In this document: positions 1 through 7,295 of the stretch, piece by piece
Numbering within the stretch: the stretch's first letter is position 1
Layout of the letters: every line of letters begins with the position of its first letter
Source: Acidimicrobiia bacterium
Lineage (GTDB): Bacteria; Actinomycetota; Acidimicrobiia; IMCC26256; PALSA-610
Reading direction: 5' to 3'
Assembly: GCA_038228615.1 (NCBI GenBank)
Contig: JBBRPC010000002.1
Coordinates: 1 to 52,929, forward strand
DNA length: 52,929 nt
Translations under genes and position numbers: made by a program
The notes under the pieces: generated by a model
What the model saw: the letters and a program-made list of their open reading frames with translations, nothing else
What the model was told of the DNA's origin: nothing
Database searches by the model: none

Positions 1-166
1 GGATCTCCGAGTTAATTTCGCCTTCGAGGCCGTGTTCTTTCGCGAGGTGGCCCATCCAGACGCCAGGCGATTCGCCCCGACCCGAGTAGTAATCCTCAAG
101 CCCATCAGCGACCGCTGAGAGGTAATAGTTCTGTGCCCCGCCACGGAGCTTCGCGACGCTCAACAC
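1..166 (-). CDS. TrwC/MobF-family conjugative relaxase, first ~55 codons only (the gene runs off the left edge)
   Basis: Minus-strand translation from GTG at 166 gives VLSVAKLRGGAQNYYLSAVADGLEDYYSGRGESPGVWMGHLAKEHGLEGEINSEI. This fits the conserved relaxase N-terminus pattern MLSxxKL..YYL..VA.G.EDYY.G.GE.PG.W.G....LGL.G.V. It is missing from the ORF track because the window edge truncates it. Confidence 0.8.
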   Translation of the reverse strand, partial: MLSVAKLRGGAQNYYLSAVADGLEDYYSGRGESPGVWMGHLAKEHGLEGEINSEI

Positions 167-268
167 GACTGCCACTCACCCACTCGCGACCCCACCCAGA
201 ACCACACCCGCGGCGCGAGTGTGGCCGCGACACCGATGGTGCAAGTGTGTGTCATTACCCGTACGCGA

Positions 269-802
269 TCAACCACCACTCAACCCCGACTCCCCGACCA
301 GACTGTCGAACAACGACCACTCGACCGCACGCGTCCTGTCGCGTTTCGCTTTCGGTTTCACACCAGTCTCGACAACCTGATCGCGAACCCCACCGAGATC
401 ATCGTCACGCTCCACATCGCGTTCGTGTTCGACGCGATCGTCGACTGCGGCAGCACGTTCGATTGTGATCGCGTGCAGCACATAGTGCGTATCGCCGAAA
501 CGCGAATTGCCGAGCACGCGACTCTGGCGTAACTCGATCCAACCCGTCCGTCGCAACGCGGCGAACGCGGACGCGCAACGATCCTTGCCCAACTGCAACT
601 CCGTCGCGGTCGAGCGGACCGTCGCGAACGCCAGCAGTTCATCGTCGAGCGCGACAGCCGACAATGCGAGCGTCTCAAAGACAGTCCATGCCGTCGCACC
701 AACCAGAACCCTCGCAGCGATGCTCTCAACGCGCGTGATGACTTCGAGGCCGTGGTCTGGTGTGAGACGCCACACCAGACCGCTCAAACTCGTCGCGTTC
801 AC
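269..802 (-). CDS. Hypothetical protein, possibly a winged-helix DNA-binding accessory protein of the mobile element
   Basis: This 177-aa ORF has coding-like composition. Its GTG start overlaps the TGA stop of the upstream HTH gene (GTGA at 799-802), and it sits directly upstream of the relaxase gene. I recognised no family motif. Confidence 0.5.
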   Translation of the reverse strand: MNATSLSGLVWRLTPDHGLEVITRVESIAARVLVGATAWTVFETLALSAVALDDELLAFATVRSTATELQLGKDRCASAFAALRRTGWIELRQSRVLGNSRFGDTHYVLHAITIERAAAVDDRVEHERDVERDDDLGGVRDQVVETGVKPKAKRDRTRAVEWSLFDSLVGESGLSGG

Positions 803-999
803 GAAACAGTCGCGGGCGCGGTCGGTGTGCCGAGCAGTGTGTCGATCGCGTGACGCGGGATGACAATGCGTCGACCCAACCGCACATGTACCAACTCACC
901 CCGCGCAACCAACTCATACGCATGCGTACGCGAAATCCCGAGCAGTTCCGCGGTCTCCACCACCGTAAACACCAACCGAGAATCATTCATAACAGGCAT
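799..999 (-). CDS. Excisionase-family (MerR/AlpA-like) helix-turn-helix DNA-binding protein
   Basis: The 66-aa product contains VFTVVETAELLGISRTHAYELVARGELVHVRLGRRIVIPRHAIDTLL, the typical Xis/HTH_17 signature. It is the first gene of the operon that leads to the relaxase. Confidence 0.75.
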   Translation of the reverse strand: MPVMNDSRLVFTVVETAELLGISRTHAYELVARGELVHVRLGRRIVIPRHAIDTLLGTPTAPATVS

Positions 1000-1074
1000 A
1001 GCGATACTCCCTTGGTCTATGAGTCAGCCGTGCGGGAATGCACAAGCCGCACCCCTAGTGAGCGCACCGAGCAG

Positions 1075-1167
1075 CCAAATCGGAACCAGAAATCCCGGAA
1101 CCGAAGAAGCTCGACGTACTCACACCTGTTATGTGCTCTTCAAAACCCCAAATCGGAACCAAAATCC
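1075..1167. repeat. Iteron-like direct repeats: CCAAATCGGAACCAGAAATCC (1075-1095) and CCAAATCGGAACCAAAATCC (1148-1167), with a third CGGAACC at 1096-1102
   Basis: Read directly from the sequence. The repeats lie in the AT-richer non-coding stretch just upstream of the xis-like/relaxase operon. Confidence 0.7.
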
Positions 1168-1538
1168 AAAGAAAACCGACAAGGTTTCTTCAACGCAGGA
1201 CGCAACGGACGCCGACGGACGCAACGAACTCCGCAGCTGATGCGCAGAGAGCGCTCCCGAAATAACGACTACATGGACTTGGCCATCGGAGTCGGCTGCG
1301 GCGATAAGCACAGCAGCGCCTGCCTGAGCGTTCCCGGCAATGAGCACGCGGCCGTTCAAACGACCGACCGGTCAATAGCGCATCAGCGCGTCGACCAGCC
1401 GAACCCGTCATCTCCTCAGCGTTCAGGTCCGCGACCTGGTCAAGGCTCGCAGCCATCGGTCATGCACGGGATAAGTGGCAGCGAGCTGATCGTGCCGTCG
1501 CGGTACCATGGGGCCAGCGAAAAGAAGAGGCGTGCGAT

Positions 1539-1778
1539 ATGACAACTGAACTGCTGGAACGCATAGTCGTCGACCCATCGATCTGCTTCGGCAAGCCCAC
1601 TATCAAAGGCCACCGCATCTGGGTCTCGTTGATCCTTGGATATCTCGCTGAAGGCTGGACCACTGAGGCCGTCATCGAAGAATTCCCCCAACTCACCATC
1701 GACGACATTCGCGCGTGCATCGCTTACGGCGCGCATCTCGCAGACGTGCGCTTTGCGGACCTCGACTCCGTCGCGTGA
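1539..1778 (+). CDS. DUF433 domain protein (antitoxin-like)
   Basis: The 79-aa product reads ERIVVDPSICFGKPTIKGHRIWVSLILGYLAEGWTTEAVIEEFPQLTIDDIRACIAY, the DUF433 signature (DP.ICFGKP.I.G.RI.V..IL). Confidence 0.8.
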   Translation: MTTELLERIVVDPSICFGKPTIKGHRIWVSLILGYLAEGWTTEAVIEEFPQLTIDDIRACIAYGAHLADVRFADLDSVA

Positions 1779-2149
1779 GATTCAAGCTCGACGAGAACAT
1801 CGGCAACTCTTTCGCAACGGCCCTCGAAGCGGCCGGTCACGATGTCTCGACCGTCGCACGGCAACACATGACTGGAGCCGACGATCGGCGGGTGTACGCA
1901 GTTTGCGCTTCTGAACAACGCGCACTCGTGACGTTCGACCTCGATTTCGCCAATCCGCTCGATTACGACCCGACGCCTACGGCGGGGATCGTAGTTTTCC
2001 GGCTCCCGAACGATGCAACACCAAGCGACATAGGCGCGGCAATCACGACCTTCCTCGACGCGGCCGAGAGACATGATTGCCGAGGACAGCTCTGGGTGGT
2101 CGCCCGCGGTCGCGTGCGCAAGCATGTTCCGCGAACGAGCGACGACTAG
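1775..2149 (+). CDS. DUF5615 / Mut7-C-like PIN-fold protein (toxin-like partner of DUF433)
   Basis: The GTG at 1775 overlaps the DUF433 stop (GTGA). The product begins VRFKLDENIGNSFATALEAAGHDVSTV, which is typical of DUF5615 proteins paired with DUF433. Confidence 0.7.
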   Translation: MRFKLDENIGNSFATALEAAGHDVSTVARQHMTGADDRRVYAVCASEQRALVTFDLDFANPLDYDPTPTAGIVVFRLPNDATPSDIGAAITTFLDAAERHDCRGQLWVVARGRVRKHVPRTSDD

Positions 2150-2466
2150 CAGCCCAGCGCGAAACCGATCGAGAAACGCGACGACAACAATCAACACGAC
2201 AAGAACCACGGTCGCGGTGCACGCGGCAGCCGAGCGGCTCACACGAGCCACGACGCTGCGACACCCAGCGGACCCCCAATAACGCAAAGGAACCGAGAGA
2301 TGCGTGACCACCAACGCCAGTTCGGGGTCCGAACGTTGCAAAAATCGATCGCTGGGTATTTGTTCAGCAACAACTTTGCGTTGCTTCCGTCGTTACTGCC
2401 AAAAGGCACAACAATTCCGGCCTTGATGCCCTGACCAGGCCGTCTATCCAAGGGCGCGCTCGCAGA

Positions 2467-2488
2467 TCGAATCCCACTCCCTCCGCCA
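2467..2488 (+). other. Isolated tRNA 3'-end fragment (T-loop, acceptor strand and CCA); putative attR core
   Basis: TCGAATCCCACTCCCTCCGCCA differs at 2 of 22 positions from the 3' end of the real tRNA-Ser at 8688-8775. The upstream bases cannot form a T-stem or the rest of a tRNA. Confidence 0.6.
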
Positions 2489-2666
2489 ATGTTCACCCGA
2501 AGTTTTGTTCAGGTTTCCGTCGCGAATACGTGACGCGAAGCTGAGCGAAACTCATTTTCTGCTTTCAGCGCGGTTTCAGCGAGTCAGCAGATAGTCCTCG
2601 AAAAGCAGACGGCGATTCGTGCCTACGGGCAGCATTCCGAATCGCCATCCCATCGAGGAGACGAAC

Positions 2667-4325
2667 ATGAACGCACTTCGTTACAGCACCGCAGTACTGG
2701 CCCTGGCGGTCGCATCCGGTTCCGGAATCTCGGCCGCGACAGCCGCCGGGGCGGCGCGCAAGCCCGATGCCGTCACCACGACTAGCGCGAAGCAGTTTGC
2801 ACTGGGCGCGCTGGCGCCGAAGGTCCGCGTCGAACCTCCGAAGCAGGCACTCGCGCGGTCCGGGGCGCTCCCCGCGAGCGTCGACTTGTCGCAGTGGACG
2901 ATGCCTGTGGCCAACCAGGGCAACGTCTTATCCTGTGTCTCGTGGGCGATTGGCTACGCGATGCTCGGATGGTATTCGCGCCACGACTTCGGGATCGCGC
3001 AGTCGATGGCGCCGATGTTCGTGTACTCACAGACGAAGATCGGCGGGTTGGACAGTGGGAGTTGGCCGACCGACGCACTCACGGTCCTCAAGAATCAAGG
3101 CATCGATACGGCGAGCCACTACTCGCACGACGGGTTGGACTGGTGGGACCTGCCGGGGGCTTCTGAACGCTCGAACGCTCAGCACTTCACAATTCGCGGG
3201 TTCACCACGTTGTTCGCGAACAATGCGGCCTCGACGATCCCGAGCTCTCTGCCGCAAACGGTTCTCATGAACGAGCTGGCAAAGGGGCATCCGGCTGCAT
3301 TGATGATCTCGGTCCGCGACGGCTTCCGCTACATGGGTCGGACGTCGGACGCGTATGACACCGACACGCAGAGTCTCAACGCTGGTCTGCACGAGGTACT
3401 GGCGATCGGGTACGACGCGCATGGCGTGCTGGTCCAGAATTCCTGGGGCACGACGAACTGGGGCTTTCCGACAGCTGGTCAACCCGGCGGGTTCGGCCGA
3501 ATTGGTTGGAATGTCGTGCAGCAGGACACGCATGAAATCGACACCATCGCAGGGTTTGGGAACGGACACCACGACTTCACCGGCGACGGCGCCAACGATC
3601 TGATCGCTCGCCGGACCGATGGCAACCTGTTCACGTACCGCGGCAACGGGCGCGGCGGCTTCGGAACGCCGATGCAGTCGGGGTCCGGCGCTGCCGTCTT
3701 CAGCGCGATCGTGCCCACACGTGACTTCAACGGAAACGGCACCAATGACGTGATCGCGCGCAAGACCGACGGAACGCTTTGGCTGTACGACGGAACCGCG
3801 AACGGAGTGTTCGGCGGCGGTCAGCAGATCGGACAGGGCTGGAACGTGCTGACGGCGATCCTGGCGCCGGGCGACTTCAATGGTGACGGCACCGCGGATC
3901 TCATCGGCCGCAAGGCTGACGGCACGCTCTGGCTCTACGGCGGAGACGGGCACGGCGGTTGGGTGAGTTCGTTCCCGCAGATCGGACAGGGCTGGAACGT
4001 GCTGACGGCGATCGTCGCGCCAGGCGATTTCAACGGTGACGGCACCGCGGATCTCATCGGCCGCAAGGCTGACGGCACGCTCTGGCTCTACGGCGGAGAC
4101 GGGCACGGCGGTTGGGTGAGTTCGTTTCCGCAGATCGGACAGGGCTGGAACGTGCTGACGGCGATCGTGGCGCCAGGCGACTGGAACGGTGACGGGCGCG
4201 CCGACTTGATCGGTCGCAAGAGCGACGGGACCCTCTGGCTCTACGGCGGAGACGGGCACGGCGGTTGGCTGAGCTCCTTCCCGCAGATCGGGACGGGCTG
4301 GAACACCATGAACGTCATCGGGTGA
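2667..4325 (+). CDS. Secreted papain-like (C1 family) cysteine peptidase fused to C-terminal FG-GAP/VCBS-type beta-propeller repeats
   Basis: The ATG at 2667 follows GAGGAG. A signal peptide is present (MNALRYSTAVLALAVASGSGISAATAAG). The catalytic motifs are QGNVLSCVSWA (Cys) and HEVLAIGYD...VQNSWG (His, Asn-Ser-Trp). They are followed by repeated DFNGDGTADLIGRKADGTLWLYGG units. Confidence 0.8.
   Translation: MNALRYSTAVLALAVASGSGISAATAAGAARKPDAVTTTSAKQFALGALAPKVRVEPPKQALARSGALPASVDLSQWTMPVANQGNVLSCVSWAIGYAMLGWYSRHDFGIAQSMAPMFVYSQTKIGGLDSGSWPTDALTVLKNQGIDTASHYSHDGLDWWDLPGASERSNAQHFTIRGFTTLFANNAASTIPSSLPQTVLMNELAKGHPAALMISVRDGFRYMGRTSDAYDTDTQSLNAGLHEVLAIGYDAHGVLVQNSWGTTNWGFPTAGQPGGFGRIGWNVVQQDTHEIDTIAGFGNGHHDFTGDGANDLIARRTDGNLFTYRGNGRGGFGTPMQSGSGAAVFSAIVPTRDFNGNGTNDVIARKTDGTLWLYDGTANGVFGGGQQIGQGWNVLTAILAPGDFNGDGTADLIGRKADGTLWLYGGDGHGGWVSSFPQIGQGWNVLTAIVAPGDFNGDGTADLIGRKADGTLWLYGGDGHGGWVSSFPQIGQGWNVLTAIVAPGDWNGDGRADLIGRKSDGTLWLYGGDGHGGWLSSFPQIGTGWNTMNVIG
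3825..4283 (+). repeat. Three tandem 153-bp coding repeats (FG-GAP blades); units 1 and 2 are nearly identical at the DNA level
   Basis: Units start at 3825, 3978 and 4131, each beginning cagatcggacagggctggaacgtgctgacggcgatc, and a fourth partial unit starts at 4284. Units 1 and 2 differ at only a handful of bases. Confidence 0.9.
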
Positions 4326-4373
4326 CATCAGGCTGTCGTGAACTGGCGGTCGGCCGCGGGCAACAATCCTTGG

Positions 4374-5459
4374 ATGGAACAGGCGAACGACGCGGAGCTG
4401 ATCGCGCGATCTCGTGACGAACCGGCCGCCTTCGCCGTGGTCTACGAGCGTTACGCCACCACGATCTACCGCTATGCCGCACGGCGCATTGGCGCGAGCG
4501 ATGCTGAGGAACTCATGGCCGAGACGTTCCGCATCGCGTTCGAGCAACGTGCGACGTATGACACGAGCCGACCATTTGCACGTCCGTGGCTGTATGGCAT
4601 CGCCACCAACCTTGTAGCGCGGCACTATCGCACCGAGACGCGACGACGGCGCGCGACGGCGCGGCTCGAAGCGGGCGACAACACGATAAAGGATGGCAGT
4701 GACCGCGTCGTCGACGCGATCGCAGCTGCCAACCTGCTGCCCGATGTCGTCACAGCAATCAATCGCCTCACGACGGGCGATCGCGACGCGTTGCTGCTCC
4801 ACGTGTGGGAGCAACTCCCCTATGAGGGGGTCGCGGCAGCTCTCGGCATCCCGGTCGGCACGGTGCGGTCGCGCATCAACCGCGCCCGCGCAAAATTGCG
4901 CGAACTCACCGCCGTCACCGACGAACAGCTGGTGCACGCAGATGTTTTTACCGCGAACAAGGAGCGACTCATGACGACGATTACCGGCAACGAACAATCA
5001 GAGGTGTTCGACCACCGCTCGCAGATGTATCCGCGGCTCGCGTATCGCGACGAGCATGCCGCGCTCGAATATCTCACGCGTGTCTTCGGCTTTACAGAGC
5101 GACGCGAGGCCCGTGTCGGGGGCAAGACACCCGACGGATACGACATGGGCGACCACATGCTCGCCTGGCTCGAGTTCGGTGCCGGGCTCGTCATGATCGG
5201 CCATGTCAACGAGGAGGTCCACCGCATCCGGAGTCCGCGCGACGTCGGAAGTGCGACAACGATGATCAACGTCGAGGTAGACGACGTCGACGCGCACTAC
5301 TCGCGAGCAGTCACAGAGGGCGCCGAGATCACCAAGGCACTCGAGGACACGTGGTATGGCGGGCGCGTGTACGAGGCGGCAGACATCGAGGGTCACCAGT
5401 GGCACTTCCAGGAATCTCATGAGCACATCCGCACCCGCGGTGGAGCGGTGCCGACCTAG
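4374..5459 (+). CDS. ECF-type sigma-70 factor fused in frame to a C-terminal VOC (glyoxalase/bleomycin-resistance fold) domain
   Basis: Region 2 reads FAVVYERYATTIYRYAARRIG...RPWLYGIATNLVARHYR and region 4 reads LTTGDRDALLLHVWEQLPYEGVAAALGIPVGTVRSRINRARAKLRE. The frame continues without a stop into a VOC domain (YPRLAYRDEHAALEYLTRVFGF...EDTWYGGRVYEAADIEGHQWHF). The start could instead be GTG 4338. Confidence 0.75.
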   Translation: MEQANDAELIARSRDEPAAFAVVYERYATTIYRYAARRIGASDAEELMAETFRIAFEQRATYDTSRPFARPWLYGIATNLVARHYRTETRRRRATARLEAGDNTIKDGSDRVVDAIAAANLLPDVVTAINRLTTGDRDALLLHVWEQLPYEGVAAALGIPVGTVRSRINRARAKLRELTAVTDEQLVHADVFTANKERLMTTITGNEQSEVFDHRSQMYPRLAYRDEHAALEYLTRVFGFTERREARVGGKTPDGYDMGDHMLAWLEFGAGLVMIGHVNEEVHRIRSPRDVGSATTMINVEVDDVDAHYSRAVTEGAEITKALEDTWYGGRVYEAADIEGHQWHFQESHEHIRTRGGAVPT

Positions 5460-5533
5460 GTGTGAAGCCAGCGATCCCGTAAGGGTCGCCGATACATGTT
5501 GGCGACACTTGCGCGTATCGGCGAAACTGGTGC

Positions 5534-6034
5534 ATGACTGCACCCGACAACGTCGTCGAACTTCCACTCCGCGAACAGTTCGACGCGTTCATCGACGAAC
5601 ACCGTGCCGTTTTGCACGACTGTCTCGAGGGATTGACCGAAGACGAAGCTCGACGTCGACTCGTCGATTCCGACACCACGTTGCTGGGGCTCGTCAAGCA
5701 CGTGACGTTCGTCGAACGTGTGTGGTTCGAAGAATGCGTCACCGGGAAGTCGCGCGCCGAACTCGGCCTGGTAGCTGGTCCTCCCGAGTCGTTCGTGCTC
5801 GACGACGGCGACACGATCGAATCGGTGCGCGCCACATTCCGAACGACGTGCGAACGATCCCGTGCCGCTAGTGCGTCAATCGGTCTCGACGATGTGGTGA
5901 CCGGGAATCGTCGCGGCCCGTTGCCATTTCGTTGGGTCTTGTTGCACGTATTACGTGAATTCGCCGGGCATTGTGGGCACGCCGACATCCTGCGTGAGCA
6001 GATCCTCGCCGCGCGCCGAAGGCAGAATCGGTAG
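5534..6034 (+). CDS. DinB-family / DUF664 (mycothiol-transferase-like) protein
   Basis: The product contains TLLGLVKHVTFVERVWFEE and LLHVLREFAGHCGHADILREQI, which are typical DUF664 motifs. Confidence 0.75.
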   Translation: MTAPDNVVELPLREQFDAFIDEHRAVLHDCLEGLTEDEARRRLVDSDTTLLGLVKHVTFVERVWFEECVTGKSRAELGLVAGPPESFVLDDGDTIESVRATFRTTCERSRAASASIGLDDVVTGNRRGPLPFRWVLLHVLREFAGHCGHADILREQILAARRRQNR

Positions 6035-6066
6035 AGCGTGAGGTGTGCCGTGCAACGTGCCGGTCG

Positions 6067-6714
6067 CTAGTCGTGTTGAGATTCGATGGTGGCTGCTTGT
6101 AACGCCGCCGCGACACGATCGACGCAGGCGCGACCTGTGAGGCGAAGGGGTTCTGCACTGCGCGTCGTGCGACTGAGAAGGAAGGCTCCTTCGACGGCAC
6201 AGAACAGCTCGACGGCAAGGTCACGCGCGATTTGCTCCGGAATGCTGGCTTGACACAAACGCAATTCGAGCAGCGCCAACCATGACGCGAACGCGTCGGC
6301 GGCGGCAGCTCGCATGGGTTCGCTTGTGCTCGCGACCTCGAGTGCAACGGTTGCGATTGGGCATGCATCGGCATAGTCGGTCAACTCGACAACCGCGGCT
6401 GCTCCTTCGAAAAAGTTGTGGGTCGCGGCCACCACGTCGCCGCCTTCTTGGAAGATCATGGCGACCAACTCGAGATACGTCATCCCTCCTGCGCGCAGCG
6501 CCGCAACACCGAGTTCTTCCTTGCCGCCCGGAAAGAAGTGATACAGCGACCCGTACGGTGCATTGCTTGCCGACAAGATCGCTTTGATTCCGGTCGCAGC
6601 GTATCCACCGCGACTGAAGAGCTCGCTGCTCGCGGCCAGAATCCGCTCGCGTGTCGCATGTTCCTCTGGCCTGGCTGGGGATGTGTGAACCTTGACGCTC
6701 GGCACGAGGTTCAC
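6067..6714 (-). CDS. TetR-family transcriptional regulator
   Basis: The N-terminal HTH reads RERILAASSELFSRGGYAATGIKAILSASNAPYGSLYHFFPGGKEELG. Confidence 0.85.
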   Translation of the reverse strand: MNLVPSVKVHTSPARPEEHATRERILAASSELFSRGGYAATGIKAILSASNAPYGSLYHFFPGGKEELGVAALRAGGMTYLELVAMIFQEGGDVVAATHNFFEGAAAVVELTDYADACPIATVALEVASTSEPMRAAAADAFASWLALLELRLCQASIPEQIARDLAVELFCAVEGAFLLSRTTRSAEPLRLTGRACVDRVAAALQAATIESQHD

Positions 6715-6754
6715 TATAGTATTAGAACGATCTATCTAGTGACGAGGACTCGAT

Positions 6755-7246
6755 ATGTACAAGGCTGCGGTTCGTTTCATGATCCGGCGCACGATCCGAG
6801 CGCTCAACCGCGGCGACTACCGGCCGGCGCTGGCGATGTTTGCAGCGAATGGCGAGTTGGCGTTCCCTGGTGACAACAGCTGGTCGCGCCAACAACGTGA
6901 GCCCCAACTCGGGCGCGAGTCGTTTGCTACGCATCGTGGACGCGCTGAAATTGAAGCGTTTCTTGGCAGGTATGTGGAACAAGGAATCGTCATGGAAGTC
7001 GATGACATTCTTGTCAACGGACCGCCCTGGAACACCCGAGCGGCCGCCCGTGTGCATCATTGGATCCCCGGCCCGGATGGTCGCGACGTCTATACGAACC
7101 GGGCAGTGATGTTCGTCAGCACCTCTTGGGGCAAGATCCGCTACCAAGAGGATTACGAAGACACCGTGCGTGTCGCCGCGTACGACCAGAAATTCGACCA
7201 GACCGTCGACGCTGGGGCGCCCGCCGAACATGCTCCGACTCGGTAG
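6755..7246 (+). CDS. SnoaL-like / NTF2-fold protein
   Basis: This 163-aa ORF is divergent from the TetR gene. I judged the pattern (RALNRGDY..ALAMFAANGELAFPG...GRAEIEAFL...W.....VMFVSTSWGKI) to be an NTF2-like fold from composition and arrangement. Confidence 0.55.
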   Translation: MYKAAVRFMIRRTIRALNRGDYRPALAMFAANGELAFPGDNSWSRQQREPQLGRESFATHRGRAEIEAFLGRYVEQGIVMEVDDILVNGPPWNTRAAARVHHWIPGPDGRDVYTNRAVMFVSTSWGKIRYQEDYEDTVRVAAYDQKFDQTVDAGAPAEHAPTR

Positions 7247-7295
7247 GCAATCCAGCCGCGAACGCGACGCTTGGCCGCTCGCGTAAGGTCGATCC

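Larger units (their letters stand above)
1..2488. mobile_element. Right-hand end of an integrated conjugative/mobilisable element (relaxase, accessory genes, TA-like pair, tRNA-fragment att site). The left boundary lies outside the window.
   Basis: A relaxase N-terminus lies at 1-166, an Xis-type HTH at 799-999, AT-richer repeat-bearing DNA at 1000-1250 and a DUF433/PIN pair at 1539-2149. A 22-nt tRNA 3'-end copy at 2467-2488 has no tRNA body upstream. Confidence 0.6.

Noticed and set aside
1129-1456. Two overlapping minus-strand ORFs (76 and 88 aa) that together might be a frameshifted gene remnant inside the mobile element.
   Set aside because: There is no SD, no recognisable motif, and no way to support a frameshift from the sequence alone. 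I left the region as non-coding element DNA.
2239-2496. An 85-aa minus-strand ORF in the gap between the PIN-like gene and the peptidase gene.
   Set aside because: Its N-terminus (MNIGGGSGIRS) is simply the reverse translation of the tRNA 3'-end fragment. It has no SD and no recognisable domain. The tRNA-fragment/att interpretation explains the sequence better.
2541-2581. A possible ECF-type promoter, and TTTCAGCG direct repeats 11 bp apart (2563-2570 and 2574-2581), upstream of the peptidase gene.
   Set aside because: I could not find a convincing GGAAC-type -35 element with a CGT-type -10 element at the right spacing. The short repeat alone is too weak to call a regulatory site.
3825-4283. 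Regularly spaced repeats considered as CRISPR arrays: the 153-bp units here, and the two 45-nt units at 25739-25836.
   Set aside because: The 153-bp units are contiguous coding repeats (FG-GAP blades) with no spacers. The 45-nt units occur only twice, are separated by 8 nt, and have no cas genes nearby.
3027-4997. A 656-aa minus-strand ORF, the longest ORF in this part of the track.
   Set aside because: It runs antisense to the well-supported peptidase/FG-GAP and ECF sigma genes. Its product is rich in Arg, Pro, Ala and Val and has no recognisable motif. This is a typical shadow ORF of high-GC DNA.
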